From Candidatus Krumholzibacteriia bacterium (GTDB lineage Bacteria; Krumholzibacteriota; Krumholzibacteriia; LZORAL124-64-63), in the NCBI GenBank assembly GCA_030592845.1, contig JAUVII010000005.1, positions 1 through 54,644 on the forward strand: a DNA stretch of 54,644 bases. The letters run 5' to 3'. Positions within the stretch are counted from its first letter, which is position 1. Each line of letters starts with the position of its first letter. The notes beneath the pieces were generated by a model, which was not told the DNA's origin, did not search any database, and worked only from the letters and a program-made list of their open reading frames with translations. Below are positions 1 to 7,892 of this stretch, piece by piece. The position numbers and the translations under genes were made by a program.

Positions 1-2023
1 CGGACGTCCCGTGCAGCAGAAGAATCGGCGTTGTGGGGCATAGTTTTTCCGGCCACTCGATGGGGGAGCGCGCGATCAGGGCTTCTTCTTTCACGTTCCA
101 GTAGTCGGGAATCAGCTCGGCATAGACAAAGGTCTCCATGTCGGGACGGTCCTCGATGGTGAACCGGCTGTCGGTCACCCCTGCCACGATGGCCGCGGCG
201 CGCAGACGGTTGGTCCCGGCCAGGGCCAGGTAGGTCATCAGGCCGCCGCGGCTGAAGCCGATCATGCCGATCCGCTCGGCGTCGGCTTCCTTGTCCAGGG
301 ATTCCAGCAACGGAATGAGATTGAGAACATCGGCTACCTCGGCGCCCCCGAATTCCTCGATACCCTCGGTGCCGCCGCCGTTGCCGCGGTACTGGCTGGC
401 GACCACCACGTAACCCCAGCTCGCGAACCTGGCCAACCGCAGGGCGACCCGCAATGGAGCGTTGGCGCCGAACTCCCGGTTGCCGCCCCGGTTGTAGATG
501 ATGCAGGGATGGGGGCCGGGCGTTTTGGGTTTGATGATGTGACCGACGACCCGCAGGCCGTCACTGATGTAGACCATGTCGTCGATTTCGACCTGGTCGA
601 GCCAGGCGTTTTGTTCAAGCGGCGAGCCGTCCGCGTCGAGAAGTTCCGCGGGGATCGCCATGGGCACACGGGAAATCAGCTGTCCATTTTCCAGGGGCTT
701 TGGTGTCAGCAGATCGGCCCGGTCCAGCACCCGACCGGCCAGTACGGTCTGGTGGATGTCCTTCAGATGATCAACATCCGTGCGGGGGTCGGAACCGAGG
801 ATCACCAGGTCCGCCCGTTTGCCTTCAGCGACCGCACCAAGTTCATCCCATCCAAAAACTTCCGCCGGGTTGCTGGTCGCCGTGGCCAGGGCCTGCCGTG
901 GATTATGCCCCACGGTGACGAGCCCCTCAAGTTCGTGGTGCAGGGAAATGCCGGGCATGGTTCCCCAGACGTCGGCGCCGCTGCCGGCGAGATACGTGCA
1001 GCCCGCCGCGAAATAACCGGTGTCCAGGGCGATTTCCGCCATGGCGATGGTGCGGTAGGCGGCGGCCTTGTCCGTGTCGAAGGAGTGCTCGCCGGTTACC
1101 GGGTCGGCCGGCCAGTGGATGTCGCGCGGATCGATGATGGCGGCGACGGGCCCCTCCCATGGGTTGCCGTGACCGGGCCGGTCCAGGTAACCGAGGCTGA
1201 GCGTGGGCAGAAGAGCCGCTCCGCCTTTGGCGATTTCGGATCCGTATGCTCGCACAGCTTCAGTGTCGGCGGCCAGGTCGGGCAGACTTTTGTAATAACG
1301 CCACTTTGGGCCGCCAAGGTCGTTGCTGAACGGTTCGTCGTCGATGCCCTGCCGCATTTCGTCCGACGCCAGGCCCAGCGAGTAGCGGGTGGTGTGCACG
1401 AAGGCATCCACGCCCATCGCCGCGGCGTCCACGTATTTGGTGCGGGCCAGTTCGCCGATCACCGGCATGCCCAGTTCGTGGGACCTGGCCACGATGGCCT
1501 GCATCTGGGTGGGGTCGATCCTGTACATCGCGAGCAGAACATCGGCTCCTTTGGCTTTTTCGGATTCGACGGTGGCCAGGAGTTCGGGCAGGGGGGCGGC
1601 TTCGTAACCCACCTCACCCAGAAAGCGGATGTGGGGCGAAGGATCCGAGTCCATGTCGAGCGGACCCCGACGCGTGCTTTCCACACCCACGATGGTGGTG
1701 ACGCCCATGGCGAGGTAGGCGTTGGCCTGGCCCTGGTGGTTCATTGCGGCGAAGCAGTCGATCAGGCCGGGGACGGCGAAACCGCCCTGGGCGTCCAGGA
1801 CTTCGATTCCCTCGGGAATGTCGATTTCGCCCGCGGGGCCGACGGTGCTGATTATTCCGTCTTTAATAACGATCACGGCATCTTCGATGTCGTTGGTCGA
1901 GGCGCCGCGGTCGGCCACGTCGATGACCGTGATGTTGCGGATGGCGAGGTCGTCGGCGGACCAGGCGGTGAACGCGCAGGACAGGACAAAACCAGCGGTC
2001 AGAAGGGTGATCGACAATCGCAT
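1..2023 (-). CDS. Secreted fusion protein: amidohydrolase-fold domain (degenerate metal site) + C-terminal S9/alpha-beta hydrolase peptidase; runs off left edge
   Basis: Not in the ORF track because it has no stop in the window. Manual translation from ATG 2023: signal peptide MRLSITLLTAGFVLSCAFTAWSA; 'VLDAQGGFAVPGLID', 'LGAVAEGKRADLVIL' (amidohydrolase); then in the same frame 'PCIIYNRGG', 'GYVVVASQYRG', 'RIGMIGFSRGG' (nucleophile GxSxG), 'PILLLHGT'. Confidence 0.85.
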   Translation of the reverse strand, partial: MRLSITLLTAGFVLSCAFTAWSADDLAIRNITVIDVADRGASTNDIEDAVIVIKDGIISTVGPAGEIDIPEGIEVLDAQGGFAVPGLIDCFAAMNHQGQANAYLAMGVTTIVGVESTRRGPLDMDSDPSPHIRFLGEVGYEAAPLPELLATVESEKAKGADVLLAMYRIDPTQMQAIVARSHELGMPVIGELARTKYVDAAAMGVDAFVHTTRYSLGLASDEMRQGIDDEPFSNDLGGPKWRYYKSLPDLAADTEAVRAYGSEIAKGGAALLPTLSLGYLDRPGHGNPWEGPVAAIIDPRDIHWPADPVTGEHSFDTDKAAAYRTIAMAEIALDTGYFAAGCTYLAGSGADVWGTMPGISLHHELEGLVTVGHNPRQALATATSNPAEVFGWDELGAVAEGKRADLVILGSDPRTDVDHLKDIHQTVLAGRVLDRADLLTPKPLENGQLISRVPMAIPAELLDADGSPLEQNAWLDQVEIDDMVYISDGLRVVGHIIKPKTPGPHPCIIYNRGGNREFGANAPLRVALRLARFASWGYVVVASQYRGNGGGTEGIEEFGGAEVADVLNLIPLLESLDKEADAERIGMIGFSRGGLMTYLALAGTNRLRAAAIVAGVTDSRFTIEDRPDMETFVYAELIPDYWNVKEEALIARSPIEWPEKLCPTTPILLLHGTS

Positions 2024-2156
2024 GAAATCTCCGAACTCGGTTGAGGGATGATGGCACCTTACGTCCATCATCAAAAAAACCAAAGTCGAATTCGGGTTTG
2101 GCCGGTAATTCCATCACGGAAATTTGAATGGCAGGGTCAGAGAATTATTGGGGGTT

Positions 2157-2177
2157 CACAAATTCAGCAGCACAACC
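2157..2177 (+). repeat. Degenerate solo copy of the MITE terminal repeat
   Basis: cacaaattcagcagcacaacc matches cacaatttcagaggcacaacc (14449-14469) at 18/21. Confidence 0.55.
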
Positions 2178-2280
2178 AAATAAATTGAAACCTTATGATC
2201 CCGATTCCGTGATAGAATCCGGCCAACATCCATCTTCAATAAATTCAACTGGTCCAATTACCAGAAAAAACGGGGTACTC

Positions 2281-3219
2281 ATGTCCGCGGTTCTCGAAGT
2301 CAAATCTCTGCGCAAGGAATTCGGCGATCTCACCGCCGTCGACGGCATTTCCTTCGACATCCAGGAGGGTGAGATCTTTGGCTTTCTCGGCCCCAACGGA
2401 GCGGGCAAGACGACCAGCATCTCCATGATCTGCGGCCTGCTCAAGCCCACGGCGGGAGAAGTGTTCGTGGAGGGCGTCAGCATCCTGAAAAATCCGCGCG
2501 AGGTCAAAAAAAGGCTGGGCGTGGTGCCGCAGGAAGTGGCGATCTACGAGGAGCTTTCGGCGCGGGAAAACCTGTCTTTCTGGGGCGGGATTTTCGGCAT
2601 GGGCGGAAGCAAACTTCGCAGCCGGGTGGACGAACTTCTGGAACAGGTCGGTCTTGAAGACCGCGCCAAGGAACCCACCAAGAATTTTTCGGGCGGCATG
2701 AAACGCCGCCTCAATCTAGCCCTGGGCCTGGTGCACGACCCCAAGTTGATCCTGCTGGACGAGCCCACGGTGGGCATCGATCCCCAGGCGCGGCACAACA
2801 TCCTGGACGTGGTCAAGGCGATCGTGGCCGGCGGCCGGACGGTTTTGTACACCACCCACTATCTCGAAGAAGCCGAAGACCTCTGCGACCGGCTGGCCAT
2901 CATCGATCACGGGAAGATTTTGTCCCAGGGAACCGTTGGTGAGCTGAAAACCCAGCTCGGTGAAGGCAGCCTGCTGACGGTGCAGGGCGATTTCCAGGCG
3001 GCGACCCTAAGCAAAGCGGTAACGGGTGTCGATGGCCTGATGCCCATCGAGATCGACGACAAACGCGCCATGCTTCTGGTTTCGCGCGATGGTCCGGGGG
3101 TCAGCCACAGTCTGGAAGGCCTGTTTTCCCAGGGACTTACCTTTGACGACATCACCATCAAGGAGCCCAACCTGGAAGATCTTTTCCTGAAGCTCACCGG
3201 CCGGGAGCTGCGCAATTGA
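2281..3219 (+). CDS. ABC-2 type exporter ATP-binding protein (LnrL/YfiL-like)
   Basis: Walker A GPNGAGKT, signature FSGGMKRR, Walker B LILLDEP, THY H-loop. Start moved to MSAVLEVK (ATG 2281). Confidence 0.95.
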   Translation: MSAVLEVKSLRKEFGDLTAVDGISFDIQEGEIFGFLGPNGAGKTTSISMICGLLKPTAGEVFVEGVSILKNPREVKKRLGVVPQEVAIYEELSARENLSFWGGIFGMGGSKLRSRVDELLEQVGLEDRAKEPTKNFSGGMKRRLNLALGLVHDPKLILLDEPTVGIDPQARHNILDVVKAIVAGGRTVLYTTHYLEEAEDLCDRLAIIDHGKILSQGTVGELKTQLGEGSLLTVQGDFQAATLSKAVTGVDGLMPIEIDDKRAMLLVSRDGPGVSHSLEGLFSQGLTFDDITIKEPNLEDLFLKLTGRELRN

Positions 3220-3256
3220 GGGCCCGGGTAGCACAGTCAGCCGAGGGAGGTTCAAC

Positions 3257-4507
3257 ATGTGGGTGTTGATCCGCAAGGACCTGCTCAGACGCTGGCGCAG
3301 TCCTCTGTCCACCATCGTGATGATCATTTTCCCGTTGTTCATGAGTCTGGCCATCGGGAGCATCAGCGGTGGGAGCGACGGTGGGTCCGAGTTTCCGCGC
3401 ATCAAGGTTCTGCTGCAGAACAACGATAAGGACGGCTTCCTGTCCAACGCGATCATGGGGTCGGCGGGACAGGGGGAGGGACAGGAATACCTGGAACTCG
3501 TGGAAGTCGGCGACGAGGGAACGGAATTGATGAACGAGGGCAAGGCCAGCGCCATGATCGTATTGCCCGAAAATTTCACCACCAAGGTATTCAATCGCGA
3601 ACCTGTCGAAATTCTGGTGGTGCGCAATCCGGCCGAAGGTATCAAGCCTGAAATCGTGGTCCAGGGCGCCGACGTGGTCGCGACCTATCTCGATCAGGGC
3701 GCGCGGCTGCTGGGCGAGGAACTGGGCATCATCCAGGTGATGATGGAATCCGAGAGCATTCCGGCCTCGGCCAAGGTCGGCGCGGTGGCGGCGGGGATCA
3801 CCACAAAGATCAACGGGGTGGAGAAATACCTGTTTCCACCGCTTGTGGAAATCGGCAGCGTCAAGGAAGACGACGAGGAAGAGGGTTCCAGTGGGGGATT
3901 CAGTGTTTTCGGCTACATCCTGATCATGACCACAGTGATGGCGATGATGTTCGTGGCCACACGGAGCATGGGGGACATCTTCGAAGAGCAGAACAACGGC
4001 ATGCTCAAACGGCAGCTCAGTACGCCCATGGGTATCGGTATGATCGTGGGCGCCAAAACGGTGTTCGGGGTGGTGTTCGGGGTCATCGTGCTGATGATTC
4101 TGGGGATCATCGGGTTTGTGCTCGGGTGGATTTCGCAGCCGGTTGATCTGTTGGCGGCGGTGCTGCTGGGGATCTCCTTCAGTCTGGCCGCCTGCGGGTT
4201 CCTGGCCCTTATATTGAGTCTGGTTAAGACCGAAAAACAGGCCGGGATCATGGGCTGGCTCGTGATCATGGGCATGAGCGCCATCGGCGGCAGCATGATG
4301 CCGATCCACAACATGCCCGCGCCTCTGCAGGCCGCGGCTCGGTACACAATCAATTTCTGGGCGGTCGACGGCTACACCCGGCTGGTCTATTCCGGTGAAG
4401 GGTTGAGCGACATCATGGGGAACATCGTCCGGCTGCTGATCATCGGCGCGGTTACCATCACGGTGGCCCAGGCCCTGCTTGTTCGTCGATTCCGGGAGGT
4501 GTCATGA
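3257..4507 (+). CDS. ABC-2 family permease
   Basis: N-terminal TM, large extracytoplasmic loop, C-terminal TM bundle, 'EEQNNGMLKRQLSTP'; RBS ggagg. Confidence 0.9.
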   Translation: MWVLIRKDLLRRWRSPLSTIVMIIFPLFMSLAIGSISGGSDGGSEFPRIKVLLQNNDKDGFLSNAIMGSAGQGEGQEYLELVEVGDEGTELMNEGKASAMIVLPENFTTKVFNREPVEILVVRNPAEGIKPEIVVQGADVVATYLDQGARLLGEELGIIQVMMESESIPASAKVGAVAAGITTKINGVEKYLFPPLVEIGSVKEDDEEEGSSGGFSVFGYILIMTTVMAMMFVATRSMGDIFEEQNNGMLKRQLSTPMGIGMIVGAKTVFGVVFGVIVLMILGIIGFVLGWISQPVDLLAAVLLGISFSLAACGFLALILSLVKTEKQAGIMGWLVIMGMSAIGGSMMPIHNMPAPLQAAARYTINFWAVDGYTRLVYSGEGLSDIMGNIVRLLIIGAVTITVAQALLVRRFREVS

Positions 4508-5682
4508 TGGGACGCATCCTGCATCTGGCCGTTCACGACACGAAGCTGTTCATCATCGCCAAGGAAAACTTCTTTTTCATGTTCCTGATGCCCGTGATGT
4601 TCATGCTGTTCTTCAGCACGATGCTGGGGGGCGGCGGGCCGACGGACGTGATGATCTCGCTGCAGGTGATCAATGCGGACGAGGGCTTCATGGGCGACAT
4701 CTTCCTCGATCAGCTGCGCAGCGAGAAGTTTGATATCGATCTGCTCACGACGGCCCAGGCCGATACCACTGATTATATCCGCCGCCTCGCCATACCCGCC
4801 GATTTTACGGCCAAGGTGCTGGCGACTGAGCAAGTCCAGCTGGATTTCATCAAGAAATCCCAAAGCAACATCGAATACGACGCGGCCGCGGACGTGAGTC
4901 TTCACCAGGCCCAGGTGGCGTTCCTGGGGGGCCTGATTCGCTGGGAACACCAGACCGGGGCCACGGTCACCGCCGCGGACGAGGGCCGGCTGAAGAAACT
5001 GATCGCCGCTCCGACCCGGGTCACGGTGGCCCAGACCCATGCCGGAACGGGACGTCCGGTGGCTTCGGGCGCGGGCCAGTCCATCCCCGGCATGCTCACC
5101 ATGTTCATGATCATGACGGTGCTGATCGGCGGCAGCCAGAGCCTGACGGCCGAAAAACTGCATGGCACTCTGGCGCGTCTGGCGACGACACCCATGTCGC
5201 GCGGTGAGATCATCATGGGCAAACTGCTTCACCTGGGCATGGTCGGGTTCGTGCAGGCCATGGTTTTAATGGCCGCCGGCCAGATGATCGGCGTGGTGGG
5301 TCTGTTCGGCATCGAGTTCACCTGGGGGCCCAACTGGTGGGTCGTGATGCTGTTCCTCGTTCCCTTCTCGTTTACCGTGTCGGGATTGACGCTGCTGTTC
5401 GGCGGTCTGTTCCGGACCACCCAGCAGGCCGAAAGTCTCGGCTGGCTGATCGGGATGATATTTTCGGCCCTGGGAGGATGCTGGTGGCCGTTGGAGATCA
5501 TGCCGCGCACCGCCCAGATGATCGGCTGGTTCACGCCGACCTACTGGTCCATGACGGCGTTGCATGGAGTGGTGACTTTCGGGCGGGGACTGGACGCGAT
5601 CGTTGGTCCGACGCTCATCCTGACGGTATTCGGTGTGCTGTTTGCCTGGTTGGGCGCGCGGACGCTTCGGGTGACGAGTTGA
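4504..5682 (+). CDS. ABC-2 family permease
   Basis: 'AEKLHGTLARLATTPMSRGEIIMGK', 'LGGCWWPLEIMP'; 4-bp ATGA overlap with the upstream permease. Confidence 0.9.
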   Translation: MMGRILHLAVHDTKLFIIAKENFFFMFLMPVMFMLFFSTMLGGGGPTDVMISLQVINADEGFMGDIFLDQLRSEKFDIDLLTTAQADTTDYIRRLAIPADFTAKVLATEQVQLDFIKKSQSNIEYDAAADVSLHQAQVAFLGGLIRWEHQTGATVTAADEGRLKKLIAAPTRVTVAQTHAGTGRPVASGAGQSIPGMLTMFMIMTVLIGGSQSLTAEKLHGTLARLATTPMSRGEIIMGKLLHLGMVGFVQAMVLMAAGQMIGVVGLFGIEFTWGPNWWVVMLFLVPFSFTVSGLTLLFGGLFRTTQQAESLGWLIGMIFSALGGCWWPLEIMPRTAQMIGWFTPTYWSMTALHGVVTFGRGLDAIVGPTLILTVFGVLFAWLGARTLRVTS

Positions 5683-5746
5683 TAGTTTTGATTATTTGAA
5701 CGAGAATCCGAGGTCAACCCCGGATTCTCACACCAAAAGTCAAAAC

Positions 5747-6685
5747 CTACCAGCCTTCTATATAGTAATAATCGAACTCTGAAAGCACGGTCTTGGTGAA
5801 CCCCCAGGCCTCGTTGTAGCTCAGGCCGCTGTCGTCGGGGATGACGATCTTGATGTAGAGCTCTTCGCCCAACCGATCTTTCAGGGCGCCCAGCCGTTTG
5901 AACATTTCGATGCGGGTAATCTCTTCCCACTGGTCGGCGTTGATCCCCTTGAACAGATATTGGAACTGCCCGTTATCCCGGCGGTATTGCACCGAGGCCA
6001 CCTGCTTGCCCATCGAACTGCGGGCGGGTCGCACCAGTTTGAGATATTTGTCTTCCAGGGACGAAAAATCCTGCCGCTGCCGGGCGAGAGCCATTTCCAT
6101 ATCGCCTTTTTCGTCGCTCAAGGTTAGCAGGGTGGCCTCGTTTTTTTCCAACTGGCTCAAGAGGTCCGCGATCTGCAGACTCAGTTCGCGGTTGGCCCGT
6201 TCGGCTTCGTCCCGAATGCCGCCGATCATGGCCTGGGCGCCTTCCAGCTCTTCTTCTTTTTCACTGAGCTGCATCCGGATGAGGCGGATGTTTTCCTCGA
6301 GTTCCCTGTTTTCACCTTCCAGCCGGGCGATGGCCGCGGCCTTGATGTCGCGGCTGGCCTCAAGGCGCTGCGCCTCGTCCGTCAGCAGGATGATTTCCAT
6401 GCGCGAACTGCGGATCGCCTCTTCGAGGTCGGTGTTGCGCACCCGCAGATCGGCCAGCACCTGGGTGTTGGAGGCGAGGTGGTGTTCGGCCTCGGCCTGC
6501 AGCTGTCGGCTCAGGCGGATCTGGTCGATGAGGTCGGCGTTCTTGATGATCACCACGACCATCGTCAGCATAAACACCATCAAAATGACGGTCATGATGT
6601 CGGTGAACGAGGGCCAGAGCGAGGTGTCGTTCGAGGACGACGACCGGTTGAGCCTCAAGTCGGGATAGCCGCGAAAATTGTGCAC
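5747..6685 (-). CDS. MotB/ZorB-like single-TM subunit with long coiled coil and ExbD-like C-terminal domain
   Basis: 'SLWPSFTDIMTVILMVFML' TM with the conserved Asp, heptad-rich stretch of ~170 aa, C-terminal 'YIKIVIPDDSGLSYNEAW'. No OmpA-like motif seen. Confidence 0.75.
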   Translation of the reverse strand: MHNFRGYPDLRLNRSSSSNDTSLWPSFTDIMTVILMVFMLTMVVVIIKNADLIDQIRLSRQLQAEAEHHLASNTQVLADLRVRNTDLEEAIRSSRMEIILLTDEAQRLEASRDIKAAAIARLEGENRELEENIRLIRMQLSEKEEELEGAQAMIGGIRDEAERANRELSLQIADLLSQLEKNEATLLTLSDEKGDMEMALARQRQDFSSLEDKYLKLVRPARSSMGKQVASVQYRRDNGQFQYLFKGINADQWEEITRIEMFKRLGALKDRLGEELYIKIVIPDDSGLSYNEAWGFTKTVLSEFDYYYIEGW

Positions 6686-6701
6686 AGGTCGCCTCCTTTC
6701 T

Positions 6702-7658
6702 TTACCGGTTCAGCCTGAATCCTTCGATCAAAACGTTGCGCAATTCGGCCAATCCGGCCAGGGACTCGTCCATTTTGTCGTTTTGGGTTTCCTGCCGGGC
6801 GATCATCTCGTTGCCCTGTTCCTGCCGGGCCCGGGCGGTGTCATCGATGCGATCCACCGCGCCTTCGATGCCGCCGAGACCCTGGCGCATTTCCGTGACC
6901 AAGGCGCGAACATCTTCGACAAGCAGTTTGGCCTGATGGTTGATGGTCTCGGTTTCGTAAGCGAAATCGGGGACCATGTACAACAGCGACGCGCGTTCCA
7001 GGCGGCTGATGACCCAGGTCTGCAGGTCGGTGAACCTGTGGAAAAAATAGGTGAAGAAGAAGTAGCAGACGATGGCCGTGGCCGTGGTGGTCAGGGCGGT
7101 GTTCATGCCCAGCAGCATCAGGCCCATGCCGGAGCCGGGAACGGCAGTCTGCAGCACGTCGGTCGCGCCGATCAGTGCAAAGATCAGCGAACTGACGGTG
7201 CCGAACACGCCGGTCAGGATCAGCACGTTGTTCACGAAGCGGGGAAACGAAAGATGCAGTGATTCGCCCGCCAGCATGATGGCTGAAATCGCGCCGTGGT
7301 CCACCGGGCCGCCGCCTTCGAACAGTTCCTTGATGGTGGCGTGGCGTTCGCGCAGCAAAGAGGGCTGATCGAATTCGGTCAGTACCTGATCAGTGGGGTA
7401 GCCCTCGGCGCGGCGGGCCATGAACTCGGTGATCTGGGCTTCCTGGCGTTCGTAGTGACGGACGCCGCGGAACAATTGCCAGACTCCCAGGGCAAACAGA
7501 ACCAGGATGACCCCATTAAGAATCAACGGCCGCGGATCGCCGAACAGAACGGCGGCCACCGCATCGATCTTCCACAGGAAAATCAGAACGGCCGTAATTA
7601 CTGCGGCCGCGAGTACGACTATCATCTGGATAAGGATTTGCCGGCTGCGTGGCGCCAT
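6702..7658 (-). CDS. MotA/TolQ/ExbB proton channel family protein
   Basis: Four hydrophobic segments with 'LILTGVFGTVSSLIFAL' and 'GMNTALTTTATAI' motifs; short coiled-coil tail. Confidence 0.85.
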   Translation of the reverse strand: MAPRSRQILIQMIVVLAAAVITAVLIFLWKIDAVAAVLFGDPRPLILNGVILVLFALGVWQLFRGVRHYERQEAQITEFMARRAEGYPTDQVLTEFDQPSLLRERHATIKELFEGGGPVDHGAISAIMLAGESLHLSFPRFVNNVLILTGVFGTVSSLIFALIGATDVLQTAVPGSGMGLMLLGMNTALTTTATAIVCYFFFTYFFHRFTDLQTWVISRLERASLLYMVPDFAYETETINHQAKLLVEDVRALVTEMRQGLGGIEGAVDRIDDTARARQEQGNEMIARQETQNDKMDESLAGLAELRNVLIEGFRLNR

Positions 7659-7818
7659 GCCTCTGCTTCTTTCATCTGGGTTGGAAAATCAGATCTGAAA
7701 CTATCCATACGATAGAGGAACCGGGGGGTTCCCGCATATGTGTTCGCATGGATATATATTATTCCTGCACGTGTAAATTCGCCAGCGGGTTATCTGAGGA
7801 CCATCTCTCCAAATCAAG

Positions 7819-7843
7819 CCAGACACAATTCCAAAGGCACAAC
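7819..7843 (+). repeat. Solo copy of the MITE terminal repeat
   Basis: ccagacacaattccaaaggcacaac vs reverse complement of 14312-14336 (ccagacacaatttcagaggcacaac): 23/25. Confidence 0.7.
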
Positions 7844-7892
7844 TGAATGTTTTAAGCGGTAAATGTCCCGGCGATGCTTTAGATTCGACCCC

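Noticed and set aside
509-2044. 511-aa + strand ORF
   Set aside because: Codon-aligned antisense shadow of the real minus-strand amidohydrolase-S9 gene; no recognisable motifs.
5747-7658. Calling the pair a Zorya defence system or flagellar stator
   Set aside because: No zorC/D/E, no long ZorA tail, no OmpA-like domain and no flagellar genes in the window.
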